This document shows positions 61,171 to 64,000 of a stretch of 64,000 nt of DNA, in pieces. Position numbers and translations under genes: made by a program. The notes beneath the pieces were generated by a model. The model saw only the letters and a list, made by a program, of their open reading frames with translations. It did not search any database and was not told the origin of the DNA. The DNA comes from Atractiella rhizophila (taxonomy: Eukaryota), in the NCBI GenBank assembly GCA_021432655.1, contig MU271184.1, positions 124,001 through 188,000 of the forward strand, written 5' to 3'. Every line of letters begins with the position of its first letter. Position 1 is the stretch's first letter.

Positions 61171-62099
61171 TTGAATGAGCTGTCTGAGAGCTGGATCCCA
61201 GCGAAGTGTGAGATGGTGGAAAAACCGATCTTGGAATGCAATGGAAAGACGTACCTGGAGCCCAGCGAAGTGTGAGATGGCGGAAAAACCGCTGGGGATC
61301 CAGGTATCCGAGGGACAACAAAAGCACAGCAGTCACATGCTAGTCACGTGACTGTGGCTAACATGGAAGAAGCAAAGAAAGACAGGGAGAGACTAGGATG
61401 TGTGATGTGGGCTGAGGGAGAATGAGCATCCAGCTCTCACACTGTCGAGCATAGGTTTCGGATTTGTTGAGAGCTTCAGTCTTCACTTTTTGAGATCTGG
61501 GAGGTTGTTGTTTTGGTCTAGTCATAACCTAAGAGCTCGTTTTATGATACAGAGGCTCCTGAGGGCTGAAGGAATGCTGGATGAGCTATGGTGGTGGAGG
61601 AGGGAGCAGTGACACAATGTACATGAGCGTGTCACATGTCACAGTCAGGTGAATCAAGGTTCATGATTGAACCTGCAGGCCAGGAATGGGGAACCACTGC
61701 TTTCAGTATTGCTTGCTCTCATAATCATTACCCAATAAGCTATTCCACGTGACAATAACATCTAAACAATGGAGCTGAACATATAACCAAAGTTGTCACT
61801 GTTGTTCCTGTGGGGTCATTACTCTTTTCTAGTATATTGTTTGCTGCAAAGAGGAAATTTATTGGAGAAAATGCAGAGAGGAGTGAAAAATTTGCCTTCG
61901 AGAGGGGCTTGGTGCCATCGTTGGAGGCACTTTCAGTTTAATTATCCTTTCTTCTTTCCTTCAGGTTCGCCAACTCAGCCTGGTTGGGATTCCAAAACAA
62001 TGGTAACAGAGCCCTCCTGAGTGGTCCTGCTTGTTTCTATGTCCTGTAATATTACCCTTCATCAGTGAAGTTCTTTGTTTAATTTGGAACATACCTGAC

Positions 62100-63900
62100 T
62101 ATCTTTCAAGGTATTGACATGGCTGCGAATGATGGTAGACATTGCCGCACGTGTCTTCTGTTGCATCCTGCTAATCAACGCTAATAGGGAAACCGAAATG
62201 AGGTACTCACAAGTTTCTTGCCCAGGACCCTCTTTCCAGAGCATAGTGAGTAGCATCTCAACAACTTGTGCAGCATATACGTCCAAGAGGGATTTCTGCC
62301 CATTCTCTTTTTGAACCTGAGTTGCTCCCAGCACTGATGTCCATAGAGAGGATGTGTGAAATAATAATTGAGCGCCCCAGACCTGCGAGAGTAAGCGTAA
62401 AATGTTAGTCAGAGAACCTAAAGAATCATAGCTCTTTGTACAAGTCCTCCAATTCAAGCTCAGAATATCATGTAAAAACATAAAGCCGACATGATCATCC
62501 TTGGCTGTAGAAAGCCGCTGTATAATATGTTCGAGAGCAGGATAAGCAGGTTGAGATGGGAAATGGTGATCCTCCAGCTCTCAACAAGTTGAAGCAACTC
62601 CATTACATGAGGAACAGATGGAAGGCTAGTGGAAAAGAGTCCAGCGTTATGAGCAGGGCAGCAGGCACAGAAAGGCACGTACTCTTAACATTCAAAAACT
62701 TTTGACGGTGTGAAGGTAAGAAACTTGAAGGTGGTCACCCGTGTGTAAAATAGCAATGCACCAGTGGGAGACAGATCAATTTCAATGGCTATGTTGGCGA
62801 GCACTGCCAAAGCAGCGGCTTCTTCGGATTCTACTGTCATTTTGAACTGAGGCAACCAAACTGGTTAGAATCTGGCAAATGTAAATAAAGCACATATGTT
62901 CCCTCTTGACTGCACTTTGGATGGTGGACTGGGGAGGGAAGGTTGGGTGGTAATATGATGAACTGGTCCCTAGCCTCCATAATGAACACCAATCAATCGG
63001 CAAAGAAAGAGACAAACATGGGCCAATTTCTGCAGTTGTTCTGGCAATATTTGTATGTTTCCCTATACTGGCTCCAATCAAGAAAGGTTTTCATTGAGGA
63101 TAGAACTAAGCTTACTGGTGTATGCAAGTTTGAAATAATTTCTACTTCAGGCTGTCAGATTACAAACCATGTTCGTTACTCAGCAAAGAACATTCATAAG
63201 CAACACACATTAAAGTGTTTGCCCTATCTGCTTGATTTCTCACTCCTAACAGACCTTTTTTCCTCCAAGCGTCATTTCTATTCACAATATAGTTTTGAAT
63301 GAGCTTCTTTGCCTTCCAGTTATTGTAACATAGGCCAATTCTGGAATCTGAGCTGACTAGAAGAGATTGACAACCAAGCTGGATGACATGCAGATACCCT
63401 CTCTGAAAAGACAGTTTTTTTATCTGGAAAGTGTCTCCTGGGATTTGCTGCAACATGACAGCGATTGCAATGGGTAAAAACATATCCTCTACCTGCCTGA
63501 CTTCATCTACTAAATATTTGGACCTATCTGAGTTACACAGCAGCGGCTATAGCAAAGCGGGCTGGAATTTTTGCCTTCCACTCTGCATCGGGCACATCCT
63601 TTGCAAGAGCTGACCAGTAAGTTCTCTATGCTTAGAGGAAGGGTCTTGGAGCTTCTTATGATCCAACTTCATGAGCCCAGCTTATCCATTTCGTTATGTC
63701 TTCTGTTAACCTTCAGGTGGCAAAACAGTGCCTTGACACGTTGACAATGCATCATTTTTCGGCATAGCACTGATAGCCTCTATGGGAATCGGTCAACTGT
63801 CAGCCTCAAACAATCAAGATCAGTTGAGAGATGTAGGGATGGAGAATGTAGACCAACACTTGGTTTAGAAGAAGGCATGGAAGAGGAGGAAGAAAGAATG
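62100..63900 (-). pseudogene. Highly degenerate, possibly Dileera-type (CxC5/CxC6) KDZ transposase
   Basis: Weak matches: QQIPGDTFQI..F....LLVSS..IGLCYNN, CACCP..FSTS.PSVPHVMELL, LLFHTSS..YAAQVVEM. Confidence 0.3.
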
Positions 63901-64000
63901 ACGGACTGTATCTTCGCTATGAGTTGTGTATGGAACGACAGGGGTTACAACTTGTTTCAGGAGCTCTCAAAGCAAGAGGCTCTTGGTTGGGATAAACCGA

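Noticed and set aside
61197..61280. Direct repeat CCCAGCGAAGTGTGAGATGG x2
   Set aside because: Real, but most simply subterminal repeats of the adjacent pogo element. No TIR or TA boundary established.

Overview
Eukaryotic, intron-rich fungal DNA, most likely a basidiomycete. Several TE-associated families resemble those of Pucciniomycotina, but that is inference. The window is a transposon-dense, largely pseudogenised region with one N gap (34375-34399). The best-defined structure is a complete 7,778-bp Kyakuja-type KDZ (Kyakuja-Dileera-Zisupton) element at 1278-9055. It has ~120-bp imperfect TIRs, a perfect 8-bp TSD (AGTCCCGA), a disrupted CxC1-KDZ transposase and an HMG-like accessory gene, but no recognisable TET/JBP. 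Other mobile DNA includes three pieces of one CACTA/CMC family (CCCTGTCAAAA termini, divergent accessory gene), PIF/Harbinger, hAT, pogo/Fot1, Helitron, Ty1/copia and Ty3/gypsy remnants, and a possible second degenerate KDZ (Dileera-like) gene. Host-type genes include two inverted Rad53/Chk2-like pseudokinase copies, a LaeA-like SAM methyltransferase, BTB, F-box and RRM (pseudo)genes, a kinesin-3 tail fragment and an apparently intact Pho80/PCL-family cyclin preceded by six TGASTCA motifs. All family calls come from motif recognition by eye, not database searches. Multi-exon boundaries are approximate.
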